From the NCBI GenBank assembly GCA_020184695.1, contig JAANOX010000022.1, forward strand, positions 1 through 64,000: a DNA stretch of 64,000 bases, in the 5' to 3' direction. Positions 32,733 to 43,574 of the stretch are shown piece by piece. The translations under genes were made by a program, and so were the position numbers. Under the pieces are notes generated by a model. The model searched no databases and had not been told where the DNA came from. It saw only the letters and a list, made by a program, of their open reading frames with translations. Each line of letters begins with the position of its first letter. The stretch's first letter is position 1. Source of the stretch: Histomonas meleagridis 2922-C6/04-290x. Its lineage: Eukaryota > Protista > Parabasalia.

Positions 32733-35700
32733 TTATGTTTTCCGTTGTATATTTACATTTGTTTCTTCTGGAAATGTTGGAATCGAAATTGGTGAAATTT
32801 CTTTCGATTGACAAAAATTATTATTTAAATTAATTTTAATGTACATCTTGAAAAGTTTCGTTTCTTTCGTATTCTCTTCTTCTAAATTAATTAAATGATT
32901 CGTATTGATGTTTACGTTTTCTTTGTTTTCTTTTCGTATGTTTCCTTTATTTATATTTTCATTTCGTGGATTTCGTTTTGTTTCGATTTCTTTCGTTTCT
33001 TTTCGTTTCGTTGGATTTTGTTCATTTGTTGAAAATGTAATTTCGTTACTTGTGCTTTGTTTATTGTTATCTTCAAATGAAACAAATCCAAAGTCATTAC
33101 TTGTGCTTTGTTTGTTGCCATTTAGTTCAAATGTTGGAAATGCGCTCTCATCGTTTGTGCTTTGTTTGTTGTTACTTTCAATCGAAGGAAATCCAAAATT
33201 ATTATTTGAACTTTTTGTTTCTTTGTTTTCTAATGAAGGAAATGTGAATTCATTACTTGAATGTTGTTTATTATTATTATTTTCGAATGAAGGAAATGTC
33301 GAATCGTTGCTTGAACTTTTTGTTTCTTTGTTTTCAAATGTTGGAAATGTGAATTCATGACTTGAATGTTGTTTATTATTATTGTTTTCAAATGAAGGAA
33401 ATCCAAAATCGTTATTAGAGTTTTGTTTTGTTTCTATGTTTTCATTCGGTGAAAATGTCATTTCATTATTTGGATTGTGTTTATTGTTATCTTCGATTGA
33501 AGGAAATGACAAATCGCTGTTTGATGTTCGTTTCGTTTCTTTGTTTTCATCTTTTGGATTTTCAATTTCGCAATTTGATTTTCGTTTATTGTCGTTATTA
33601 TTTTTCAAATGTTGGAAATGCGAAGTCGTTATTTGAGTTTTGTTTTGTATTATTTTGTTCAAATGTTGGAAATGATAATTCACTGTTTGAGTTTTGTTTG
33701 TTATCATTTTGTATGTTCACTTCTACTGTATTTGCATTTGTATTTGCATTATTACTTTGGTTTTCTTCGTTCGTATCAATTTCTTCAAACCGAAATATAT
33801 CATATGACTTAAGGCTCGCTTTGGCTGAACTGTTCGCTGATTTTCGTTCTTCTTCTTGTTTTTGTTTATTATCATTCGAATTGTTTTGTTCAAACGATGG
33901 AAACATATATTCATTATTTGATGTTTGCTTTGCTTCTTTGTTATCAATATTTGGAAATACAATGTCATTATTCGCATTTTGTTTGCGACTGCTTTCGAAT
34001 GATGGAAATCCAAATTCATTGTTTGAGTTTTGTTTTTGATTATTTCCGGCGGATATTTCATTTTTATTTATATCATTTTGTTCGAATGAAGGAAATACGA
34101 AGTCACTGTTTGAGTTTTGTTTTGTATTATCAATATTTGCAAATCCGAAATCGTTATTTGAAATTTGTTTTGTATTATTTTGTTCGAATGTTGGAAATGT
34201 AAATTCATTGTTTGCGTTTTGCTTTTTGCTTTTGATTAAATTCTGTGGACTTTTCATCTTTATTTACTTTATCTTGGTTAAATGAAAGAAATCCGAAGTC
34301 GTTATTTGAGTTTTGTTTTGTATTATTTTGTTCAAATGAAGGAAATCCAAAATCATTGTTCGAGTTTCGTTTATTATTTTCATGATTTGCAAATCCGAAG
34401 TCGTTATTTGAGTTTTGTTTTGTATTATTTTGTTCAAATGAAGGAAACGTGAAATCATTATTCGCATTTTGTTTGTTGCTGTTTTTCAAATGAAAGAAAT
34501 CCGATGTCATTGTTCGAGTTTTTGCTTTTTGATTAAATTCTGGAGACTTTTTCATCTTTATTGACATTATTTTTGTTCAAAATGAAGGAAATCCGAAGTC
34601 ATTGTTTGAGTTCTGTGTGTTCATTTCTATTGTATTTGTATTTGTTTTATTACTTTGGTTTTCTTCGTTCGTATCAATTTCTTCAAACCGAAATATATCA
34701 TATGACTTAAGGCTCGCTTTGGCTGAACTGTTCGCTGATTTTCGTTCTTCTTCTTGTTTTTGTTTATTATCATTCGAATTGTTTTTGTTCAAACAATGGA
34801 AACGTAAATTCGGAATTTGAATTCTGTTTGTTACCACTTTCAAAATGACGGAAACTCGATTTTACTATTTGTGTGTTGTTTTGTTGCTTTAACATCAATG
34901 CTTGAAAACCCGAAATCTTTATTCGATGTCTGTTTGTTACCACTTTCAAATGACGGAAATTCGAAATTACTATTTGTGTTTTGTTTTGCATTATTTGGTT
35001 CAAATGATGGAAATTCGAAATTACTATTTGTGTTTTGTTTTGCATTATTTGGTTCAAATGATGGAAATTCGAAATTACTATTTGTGTTTTGTTTTGCATT
35101 ATTTGGTTCAAATGATGGAAATTCGAAATTACTATTTGTGTTTTTGCTTTGCATTATTTGGTTCAAATGATGGAAATTCGTAATTACTAATTGTGTTTTG
35201 TTTTGCATTATTTGTTTCAAATGATGGATATTCGAAATTACTTTTTGTGTTTTTGCTTTTGATTTACATTAAATTCCATAAATTTATTTTCAGTTTTCGT
35301 TTCTTTCGTTGTTTCCCGTTGAACTTTTCGTCGTTTTCTTCGTTGTTGATTTTCTGTGTTATTTTGTGAATTGAAATTATTATTATTATTATTATTTGTT
35401 GTTATTGTTTCATTTGATTTCGTTTGTTGTTGTTGAATTTTATATTTATTTTGTTCTTCTGAAATTCCAAAATTGATTTCAAAATTTTGTGTTTTATTTC
35501 GTGAATTTTCTTCTTCTTTAAGATTAAAATCAATAATTTGTTGTTCTGAATTTTGTTGAAATGATTTATCATCAAATTGTTGTTGCTGTTGTTGTGTTGG
35601 CAAATTAAAATCAATAATTTGTGATGAATTGTTTTGATTATTTTTGTTTGTAAAATTGAAATCACTAAAATTTCGTTGTGATGTAAAATTGTAATTATTT

Positions 35701-36107
35701 GTTTGTTGTTGATTAAAGTTAAAATCAAATTGTTGTTGTTGTTTGTTATTATTTTGATTATTAAAATCAAATATTTGTTGTGCATGATTATTCATTTGAT
35801 TGTTAAAAATGTTTTGAGGTTGTTGTTGTTGAATATTTTGTTCACCAAAATTTCTTGATTGTTGGTTATTAAATGTTTGATTCCCAAAATTATTGAAATT
35901 ATTCTGTTGTTGATTTAGATTATTTCCTTCTGTTATATTTGAAAAATTTCCTTGACTTGAAGTATTTAGTTGTGAAGATTGTTCTTCTTCTCGATTTATT
36001 TCACTTCGAAACAAATTAATATCAAAATGATGATTCGTTGAAACATTATTATTGTTGTTGTTATTTGTTGTTGTTTGTTGTGGTATTGTAAGATTAAAAA
36101 AATCCAT
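32733..36107 (-). CDS. FxFPSF-repeat low-complexity protein (right copy, many indels)
   Basis: Inverted copy of 20845-24532 with fewer repeat units and many 1-nt indels at 34200-35240. Confidence 0.65.
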
Positions 36108-36189
36108 AATTTTTTTATTTAAACAATGTTTGTTTGATAAAGAAGACGTTTATTTATTTATTATTATTATTATTATTATTTATTTTCAA

Positions 36190-37650
36190 ATGAATAATTT
36201 ATATCAACTCTTTCAAAATGTAAAAACTTCCTTATTGTTATTATGAAATTCCAACACCTAATGAACCAGATATTAAACATAACCCAAAACCATTATATTT
36301 TATTAATAAAGTTTGTACTCGTACGACTAAAAAAGCACTTCGACATTCAGGTTTTCAAAGAACAAAAGGAAATCGATGGAATTTTTCATGGGGACGACAA
36401 TTTAAATTAGAAGAATATGAAAAATTACAATATTATCAAAAAAGTAATCATTTTATTGGGTCACGTTTAGTTGGACGAAAAGATGAATTTCAAAAACGAA
36501 TTGAAGAACTTAATTCACGTACTAAAGATTTTTCACAATATTTTTTAGAAACATTTATTTATCCTAAAGATAAGAATAAATTAAAATGAATATTGGGATC
36601 AATATCAATATTTTATATTTAAACCATCAGCATCAACAAGAGGGATTGGTATTCAAGTTTTAAATACAAAAGAAAAACCAAAATTATTTAAGAATGGTAT
36701 TTATCAACATTATCTTATAAATCCTTTTTTAATTACAGGACGTAAATTTGATATTCGTTTATATGTTCTTGTTACATCATTAAATCCACTTCGAATTTAT
36801 CTTCATGAAAATGGATTAATTCGTTTTTGCTACACATCAATATTCGATTGATAATATTGAAGATTTACGATCACATTTAACTAATTATTCAATTAATAAA
36901 ACAGATGAAAAATTTATTCAAAATAATAAAGAAGAAGAAAGTATTAATAATTCTAAATTATCATTACAATATTTTTTACAATATTTAGAAACACAAAATA
37001 TCAATAGTAAATTAATTATGAAAGAAATCGAACGTAGTATTATTTCAATTACTATATCAGGTATGAATGAAATTCGAAAAGTTCATCAAGGGAACATTAA
37101 AAACAAGAATATTTGTTATGAAATGTATGGGTTTGATGTAATTCTTGATTCTAATTTAAAACCTTATATTCTTGAGATGAATATTTCACCATCATTAAAT
37201 ACCAAAAATTCTAAACTTGATGAAAATATCAAATATCCACTTATGTTAGATTTATTACGAATTAATCGAATAGTTGAATGTAATGTTTTAGACCCTTCAC
37301 CATGTCCATCATTTCAAACAATTGAAGAAGAGAATGAAAATTCGATTGATTCAACGCGTCGTGAATTAATCGAAAGTTTTAAAGAACATCCATGGTTATC
37401 ACCAGTTTTTAATGATTTTTCTATTATTCGAGATTATTTAGAAGAGAAAGAACGACGAGGAGGGTTTAAATTAATTTATCCTAAACGTAAAAATGTGAAT
37501 AATTTTCTAAAATGTTATTCGAAACTTACATATCAAGATATTGTATTTAATGAATGGATTAAACTTAATAATGAAGAACGATTTTCAGTTATTTCGAATA
37601 ATTTTAATAAATATGAAACAATCCTTAATAATATAAAAAATACTGAATAA
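36190..37650 (+). CDS. TTLL protein (right copy, homopolymer frameshifts)
   Basis: Inverted copy of 19298-20762; ORF 37018-37650 intact at the C-terminus. Confidence 0.8.
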
Positions 37651-37738
37651 AATATAAAATATAAAATGAATTTTTTAATATTGACAATGTTTGTTTGACG
37701 ATGAGTAAGAAATAAGAAATAAGAAACTCAAAAAAGAA

Positions 37739-38086
37739 ATGTCACTCCCAAATTTAAAACATTTTTCAGGCACGAAAGAAGATTTGAAAAACATCATCAA
37801 AAAATCGAGTAATCTTGTTGTACTAGATTTTTATGCAGATTGGTGTGGTCCTTGTCAAGTTGTTGGGAAAGCATTACCAGAAATAGCTAAACAATATCCT
37901 AACGTCGAATTCCTTAAAGTAAATGTTGATAAGTCACCAGAATTTTCATATGAATTTGGAGTTGATCTTATTCCAGATGTTAAGTTTTTTAAAAAGAATG
38001 AAAAAGTTGATGACACAGTTCCAATCGGGAAAGTCATTGGAGCGAATGTTCCAAAGATCAAGGAATTAATTGATAAACTTTTATAA
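37739..38086 (+). CDS. trx: Thioredoxin (right copy)
   Basis: Identical 115-aa WCGPC protein. Confidence 0.95.
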   Translation: MSLPNLKHFSGTKEDLKNIIKKSSNLVVLDFYADWCGPCQVVGKALPEIAKQYPNVEFLKVNVDKSPEFSYEFGVDLIPDVKFFKKNEKVDDTVPIGKVIGANVPKIKELIDKLL

Positions 38087-38339
38087 ACGTCATAAAATGA
38101 AAAAAATATTTTCTTTTGAATAACAAATTCTTTTATAAAATAATGAAAGAAAAAGAAAATTTATTATAAATAAAATATTTTATTCAACAGATAATGATAT
38201 AGGAAGTGACTTTAAACTAACACTACAAAGACGACTATGTGCATATTTCTTCTCTAATGTATTGAGTTTTGATGATTTAATCTTCTTTACAGATGTTAAT
38301 ATCTTATTAACAATTGGTTGTAAATCTGTAGCTTTGTAA
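38044..38339 (+). repeat. 296-bp direct repeat, copy 1 (Trx 3' end + cyclin 3' end)
   Basis: Matches 40252-40547 (offset 2208), with a mismatch near the end. Confidence 0.9.
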
Positions 38340-38583
38340 AATGTTTATAACTTCATTCTTAAAAAGTAATTTAACGATTTTAATGTTACCACAACCTTCT
38401 GGAAAATTAAGGTATGATTGAAATGATACTGTTCGACGAGTAGAAATGTAGATAACTAATATTTTTTTATTTAAACTCAAACAATGTGTTTTTGTTTTAA
38501 AAAAAAAATATTTTAATTATCACCATAAAAAAGTTTGTTCAACGACATGATATGAAATAAAGCAAATGCAAAATTTTAATGAA

Positions 38584-38688
38584 ATTGATGTCGTCTAATG
38601 GGTAGGGCACGCATTTCTTATTTCAATCACTTCATTTCTGAATGTGAAAACGAGTAGCGTAATCAAGGTTCGATTCCTTGCATCAATA
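38584..38688 (+). tRNA. tRNA-like gene copy 3
   Basis: Inverted-arm copy of 18438-18542, followed by TTTTTT. Confidence 0.65.
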
Positions 38689-40251
38689 TTTTTTCCATTT
38701 TTTGTTAATTTTTTGTTGAAATTTAAAATTTTATGTAAAAATTAAATAAAAAGAGATAAAAATGAAATTCAATTCATTCAAATTATCGTTAATTTTCTAC
38801 TGAAGTAAATGGTGTATTTTTTGTATTGAATACCGACTGATGTAATACTCCATTATCTTAATTATTTATATCGACTATAGCATTTCTTAATGAAATAGAC
38901 TTATCTGAAACTTATATTCCAAGTTCATCTTTTCCGAAGTTATTAAATTTCATTATTTCAAGCAAAACGGTGATGCACTGCTGCATTTTCTGTTTGTTTT
39001 GTTTGACCTTTATAACTTAAGACATAATAAGTAATACTGTCAGCACTTAGACTAGTGGCCCTGTTAATGTTTACATTTAATGTATAGACAACAAATAATT
39101 TCCAAATATTATTTTAGAATATCGAAATATTAATCTGAATTTCATATTAATGTCATTTTGTTTCACATTTTTATTTTCTTAAATATATTTAGAGATATCA
39201 TTTTGATGGGATTCAAATAATATTTTATATGCATCTTTAAATGATGAATTGAACATGCCGTTTGTTTAATTTTTATAATGTATAAAATATTTTGTAATAT
39301 TAGAATCAATTAAATTTCGTTCTATCATTTTCTCTTATTTAATTAAATAAAATGCTTCTTGTGAATTGGTATTAATGTACGAATATAGCTAGCAAAAAAT
39401 TAAATAATTTTGAGATATTTTTCTTCTTTAATTTGGATTGTTTCTAAATAATTTGTATATAAAATGTTGGCTTCTCAATAAAATGCATAATGAACTAAAT
39501 TGATAATTGTCAAATTTGAGACAGTACTTATGAAAGCATCTGAAATTGGTAAAATTAGAAATATCTAAATTACTTCATAAACAAGAAGGAATTAAAGTTA
39601 ATTCTAATAATATTAATATATTTTATTTGAAATTTATTTTTATAGGAAAGAAATAATGAAATATCTAAATTCACAACTACATAAAAATGAAAAATTATAC
39701 CAAAAACTAAAACACAAAATACATTTTTATTTCTAAATGTGTTTCGGAACATAATAAATTGGCTTTCTTTTTCATTATATTAATTTAAATAGTAATCTTG
39801 AAAATGAAATCTTCAACACGATGTTTTGAGTTCTAGAAAAATATTCTAACGAGACTAATTCATAATATTTGATCTATAGACTAAAACTATAATTAATTCA
39901 TTTTGAATCTTCTATAGAATTTATTTTTCTATATTTTTTATGAATAAATCTAATTTATATATATTAATGTTTTTTGCAATATGATTTGTTTCTGGAATAT
40001 TATTACTTATTGGCGACTCTATATAAAAAAGTAAACAAAATATTGATATCATCAGATAGATTACATATATTGCAAAAACCACATATTACATATGTCAAAA
40101 CTTTGTAGAAGAGTTCGTAGTAGTTTTGAAATATTACATTTAATATTTATAATTGTTGCAATATCCAAATCATGTCTTACATTTTAAACACAACAAAGAA
40201 AATTTCAATATTTGTTTTAAAAAAGCTCGTTTAACCACATGAGTTGAAATA

Positions 40252-40547
40252 GAATGTTCCAAAGATCAAGGAATTAATTGATAAACTTTTATAAACGTCA
40301 TAAAATGAAAAAAATATTTTCTTTTGAATAACAAATTCTTTTATAAAATAATGAAAGAAAAAGAAAATTTATTATAAATAAAATATTTTATTCAACAGAT
40401 AATGATATAGGAAGTGACTTTAAACTAACACTACAAAGACGACTATGTGCATATTTCTTCTCTAATGTATTGAGTTTTGATGATTTAATCTTCTTTACAG
40501 ATGTTAATATCTTATTAACAATTGGTTGTAAATCTGTAGTTTTGTAA
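40252..40547 (+). repeat. 296-bp direct repeat, copy 2
   Basis: Continues into the intact cyclin gene. Confidence 0.9.
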
Positions 40548-41368
40548 CCTGTATTAGTGACTAAATATTGATTCCATTGATTATTTCCTCTTTCAAGTGT
40601 AAGTGAAAGACAAACAACTGATGCTGCGCGTTTAGATGGACACATTCCAATGAAACTTTCATCAAGAAGTAATGTTTCATTTAAATAATGTGCCATCATC
40701 GAGATTTCATTTGATGGATCACATAATCTTAAATAACGTTTCATGAATATTGATGAATGAATTGGGTTTACAAAGAAATCAATTTCATTCAAAATATTCA
40801 TTTCCATTTTGATTACATCATCTGACGTAAATGAGTTCTTTGTAAAATAAACAAAATCATCTATTGTTGGAAGTGTAACCTCTTGATTTTTAGCTGAAAT
40901 AAATAATGCAGTTGTATAAAGAAGCTGAAGTTTTGAACGATGAATATCAACTTTTGATAAATATAAATCTGCAATCTCGATTGCTGAAAAAAGTGTATCT
41001 GTATGCATCTCTAAGTGATTATGAACGCCAATTAGCCAATCAATAACGATAGATCTCATTCTAGGCTTAATGTTAGTTTGATTTAAGAATATAACAGGTG
41101 AAGGAAGCTTTTCATTCTCGTGTTCAATTAAAAAGTGATATACTTCGAGATCATATTCAAATGCATCTTGTGGATCTTCAATCTTTCCAAGTCTTTCTTC
41201 TGAAATTTTCTGCTTTGGTTTTTGTTTAGGAACAATGAATGTCTTATCGTGAGGATTTAAGGAAATTGAATTATGTTTGCTTTTAACATCACCTAAAGCT
41301 TTACGAGTTGATCGCATTTCACGTGCATTCCTTGCAGCAACTGCAATACGTGTTGGAATTGGATGCAT
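40388..41368 (-). CDS. A/B-type cyclin
   Basis: Cyclin box MRSIVIDWLIGVH...TLFSAIEIADLYLS...LQLLYTTALFISAK; N-terminal RKALGDV destruction-box-like motif. Confidence 0.9.
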   Translation of the reverse strand: MHPIPTRIAVAARNAREMRSTRKALGDVKSKHNSISLNPHDKTFIVPKQKPKQKISEERLGKIEDPQDAFEYDLEVYHFLIEHENEKLPSPVIFLNQTNIKPRMRSIVIDWLIGVHNHLEMHTDTLFSAIEIADLYLSKVDIHRSKLQLLYTTALFISAKNQEVTLPTIDDFVYFTKNSFTSDDVIKMEMNILNEIDFFVNPIHSSIFMKRYLRLCDPSNEISMMAHYLNETLLLDESFIGMCPSKRAASVVCLSLTLERGNNQWNQYLVTNTGYKTTDLQPIVNKILTSVKKIKSSKLNTLEKKYAHSRLCSVSLKSLPISLSVE

Positions 41369-41389
41369 TTTGGAGAATGATTTATTTCA

Positions 41390-41480
41390 ATCTTAACGTC
41401 AAATTAACGTGCTGCTTTTAACGTACATTATGTACGTTTAATTCCTATCGTTAATAAGGCCCCCCAAACACGTTAAGTGA
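41390..41480. promoter_or_regulatory. Divergent promoter with clustered TTAACG(T/A) motifs
   Basis: TTAACGT at 41393, 41404, 41418; reverse-strand copies at 41448 (TTAACGA) and 41470; palindrome ACGTACA-TTA-TGTACGT at 41421-41437. Confidence 0.55.
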
Positions 41481-41487
41481 ATTTCGG

Positions 41488-43119
41488 ATGAGGAATAAAA
41501 AAAGATCACAAAGCATACCACGTAATTTACAACCTGAAAACGACGAAACATATCCAAGAAGAAACCTCCATCCACCAACAATATCCACGACGAATTATCA
41601 GGAAGAACAAGAAGAAAATAGCAACATGTATTCAGATTTCCAAGAAATACGTAAAAATTGGCTTGCAAGAAAAAATGAAAATCAATATTCAGATTTGTTT
41701 ACACGTAGTACATCACGGAGATCAAATCCTAAAAACAATTTGAGATCACAAAGAGAATCACAATCCAACACAGAAACACAAAAAAATAATAGCTACAGAG
41801 TAATAAATCATTCCAAAAATAACGAATCATATACAGAGAAAAATGATAACTCAGAATCACAATGGAAGCCAAAACAACGTTCATCCTTACGCACTAAAAA
41901 AAGTTCTAAAAACGACGCTAAGAACTTACAAAATAATAAAGAATATACAGAATTAACTACCAAGAGATCATCAGTTATCCAAACAGTAACATATGAAAAA
42001 AATACTGGTAATCAACGACAGCCCAAAAATAATTCACTGAATGAATTAAAATCAAACTCAACAAACAATACCAAAAGAACACCAATTAACCTGCCTTTAA
42101 TCGGTCCTAGGGGTGCCCCCGATAGACAAACGGTCTCCTTATCAAGTGGTAATTCTTATTTCCAAAAAGATATCATTGATATAAAGCCTAGTAAAGATTT
42201 TACTGAAATCAACAAACCAGAAAAAAAAGAAGATAAGTCAGAAGAGTTTGAATTTATGGTTCCTTCGGCTAAGCGTCCAAAGAGGAAGCTCAGTCCTCGT
42301 CCCATCAAATTTATGGAAAACCAGAATATGCTTGACAACAAAACAGATATAGAAAAAAAGAAGAAAAATTTAAAACAAAATGGTCACATGAATGATACCA
42401 TTATAATGTCAAATACCAATCAACGAAACTTAGAACCAGAGAATTGTCCAACTCCTAGGAGGCACTCACCAAGGCCATTAAAAATTGACAAGAACACTAA
42501 CGAACTTGAGGCATCGCTTCATGTTAAATTTGATCTTTCCAACTGTAAACAACCACAAGCGCGCCGTTCCTCCAACACCTCATCTTCGTCAATCGAGCCT
42601 GTTGATTTTCATGAGCCAACAGACTTTTCCAAAGTTATGCGATTTCCGAAATCATATTTAGCCAACATATCGGAATCAATTACAATTACTCCTATTTCAT
42701 CAATTGAAATGATACCAATTGATGAGTTCCTTGAGGTTGAAAAAAGGTTTGAACTCGAGGAAACAGAAGCCGAAGAAGAGGAAGAACTCAATGAAACCGT
42801 TTTAAACTTTCAAAAAATGATCGGCATATTGAAAAGTCAATTTTCAGGGAAGACGTTAAGGGACATTTACAACTCAATGCGAGACAACAGTCGAATGCAT
42901 TTTGTGCTATTGTTATCACATCCATTGAAACAAATTGACAGTGTGTATTTGCTAAGAAACAATATGAAATCATTAAATATAATTTGGGGCAATGGACCAA
43001 AAAATATTAAACAAGAACAAGTGTTCGTCTTTTGGGAATATAACCCTTTAACAAGACAATTTAATAAGAGTAGAAAAAACTTTTTCCATCCTAATTTGGA
43101 TGCTGTTTCATTGATTTAA
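41488..43119 (+). CDS. Protein with disordered basic N-terminus and C-terminal CKK (CAMSAP/patronin) microtubule-binding domain
   Basis: C-terminus HFVLLL...QIDSVY...IWGNGPKNI...FWEYNPLTRQF...NLDAVSL resembles the CKK consensus (FLILF..QFRSLY..TGIGPKSI..LYKYNSDRKQF..SVDAITI, recalled). Confidence 0.72.
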   Translation: MRNKKRSQSIPRNLQPENDETYPRRNLHPPTISTTNYQEEQEENSNMYSDFQEIRKNWLARKNENQYSDLFTRSTSRRSNPKNNLRSQRESQSNTETQKNNSYRVINHSKNNESYTEKNDNSESQWKPKQRSSLRTKKSSKNDAKNLQNNKEYTELTTKRSSVIQTVTYEKNTGNQRQPKNNSLNELKSNSTNNTKRTPINLPLIGPRGAPDRQTVSLSSGNSYFQKDIIDIKPSKDFTEINKPEKKEDKSEEFEFMVPSAKRPKRKLSPRPIKFMENQNMLDNKTDIEKKKKNLKQNGHMNDTIIMSNTNQRNLEPENCPTPRRHSPRPLKIDKNTNELEASLHVKFDLSNCKQPQARRSSNTSSSSIEPVDFHEPTDFSKVMRFPKSYLANISESITITPISSIEMIPIDEFLEVEKRFELEETEAEEEEELNETVLNFQKMIGILKSQFSGKTLRDIYNSMRDNSRMHFVLLLSHPLKQIDSVYLLRNNMKSLNIIWGNGPKNIKQEQVFVFWEYNPLTRQFNKSRKNFFHPNLDAVSLI

Positions 43120-43574
43120 TTTTATGTTTTATTATTAAATATTTATTATGTTACGAATTGATAAATTTTTTGCTTTAAATGTGTTCTTATTTTAAATAAC
43201 AATGCATTGTTATAAAAGATAAAGATTTTCTATAAAAGGAAACAAGCGATTTTAATTGTCTTGAAAAAAAAATTTTACCAGTTTGGTTCTGTTTTGTTTA
43301 CGAAACATCTTGAATATCAGTTGATTGAAGAAATGCATTCCAAAGTGGTAACATGGATTTTAGTCAAACCTTAACATATTATTGATGTCTTATATATTCT
43401 GATTTTGGAGTCATGTAATTTGGATGGGTTTCAAAATATGTTTATTTGTGTCCTTCTATATAGGATCATGCTTTGATTTTATTTTTCTTTTGTGATTATA
43501 CAATTTATCTTTGAAACATTAAAAACAATTTGGAATTGAAATCTCAATGATAACCGTTTATAAGTTTAGCAACA

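Larger units (their letters stand above)
30632..40224. repeat. Right arm of large inverted duplication
   Basis: Inner boundary TTATGAC at 30632 pairs with GTCATAA ending at 26637; outer boundary at 40224 pairs with 16890. Confidence 0.95.
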
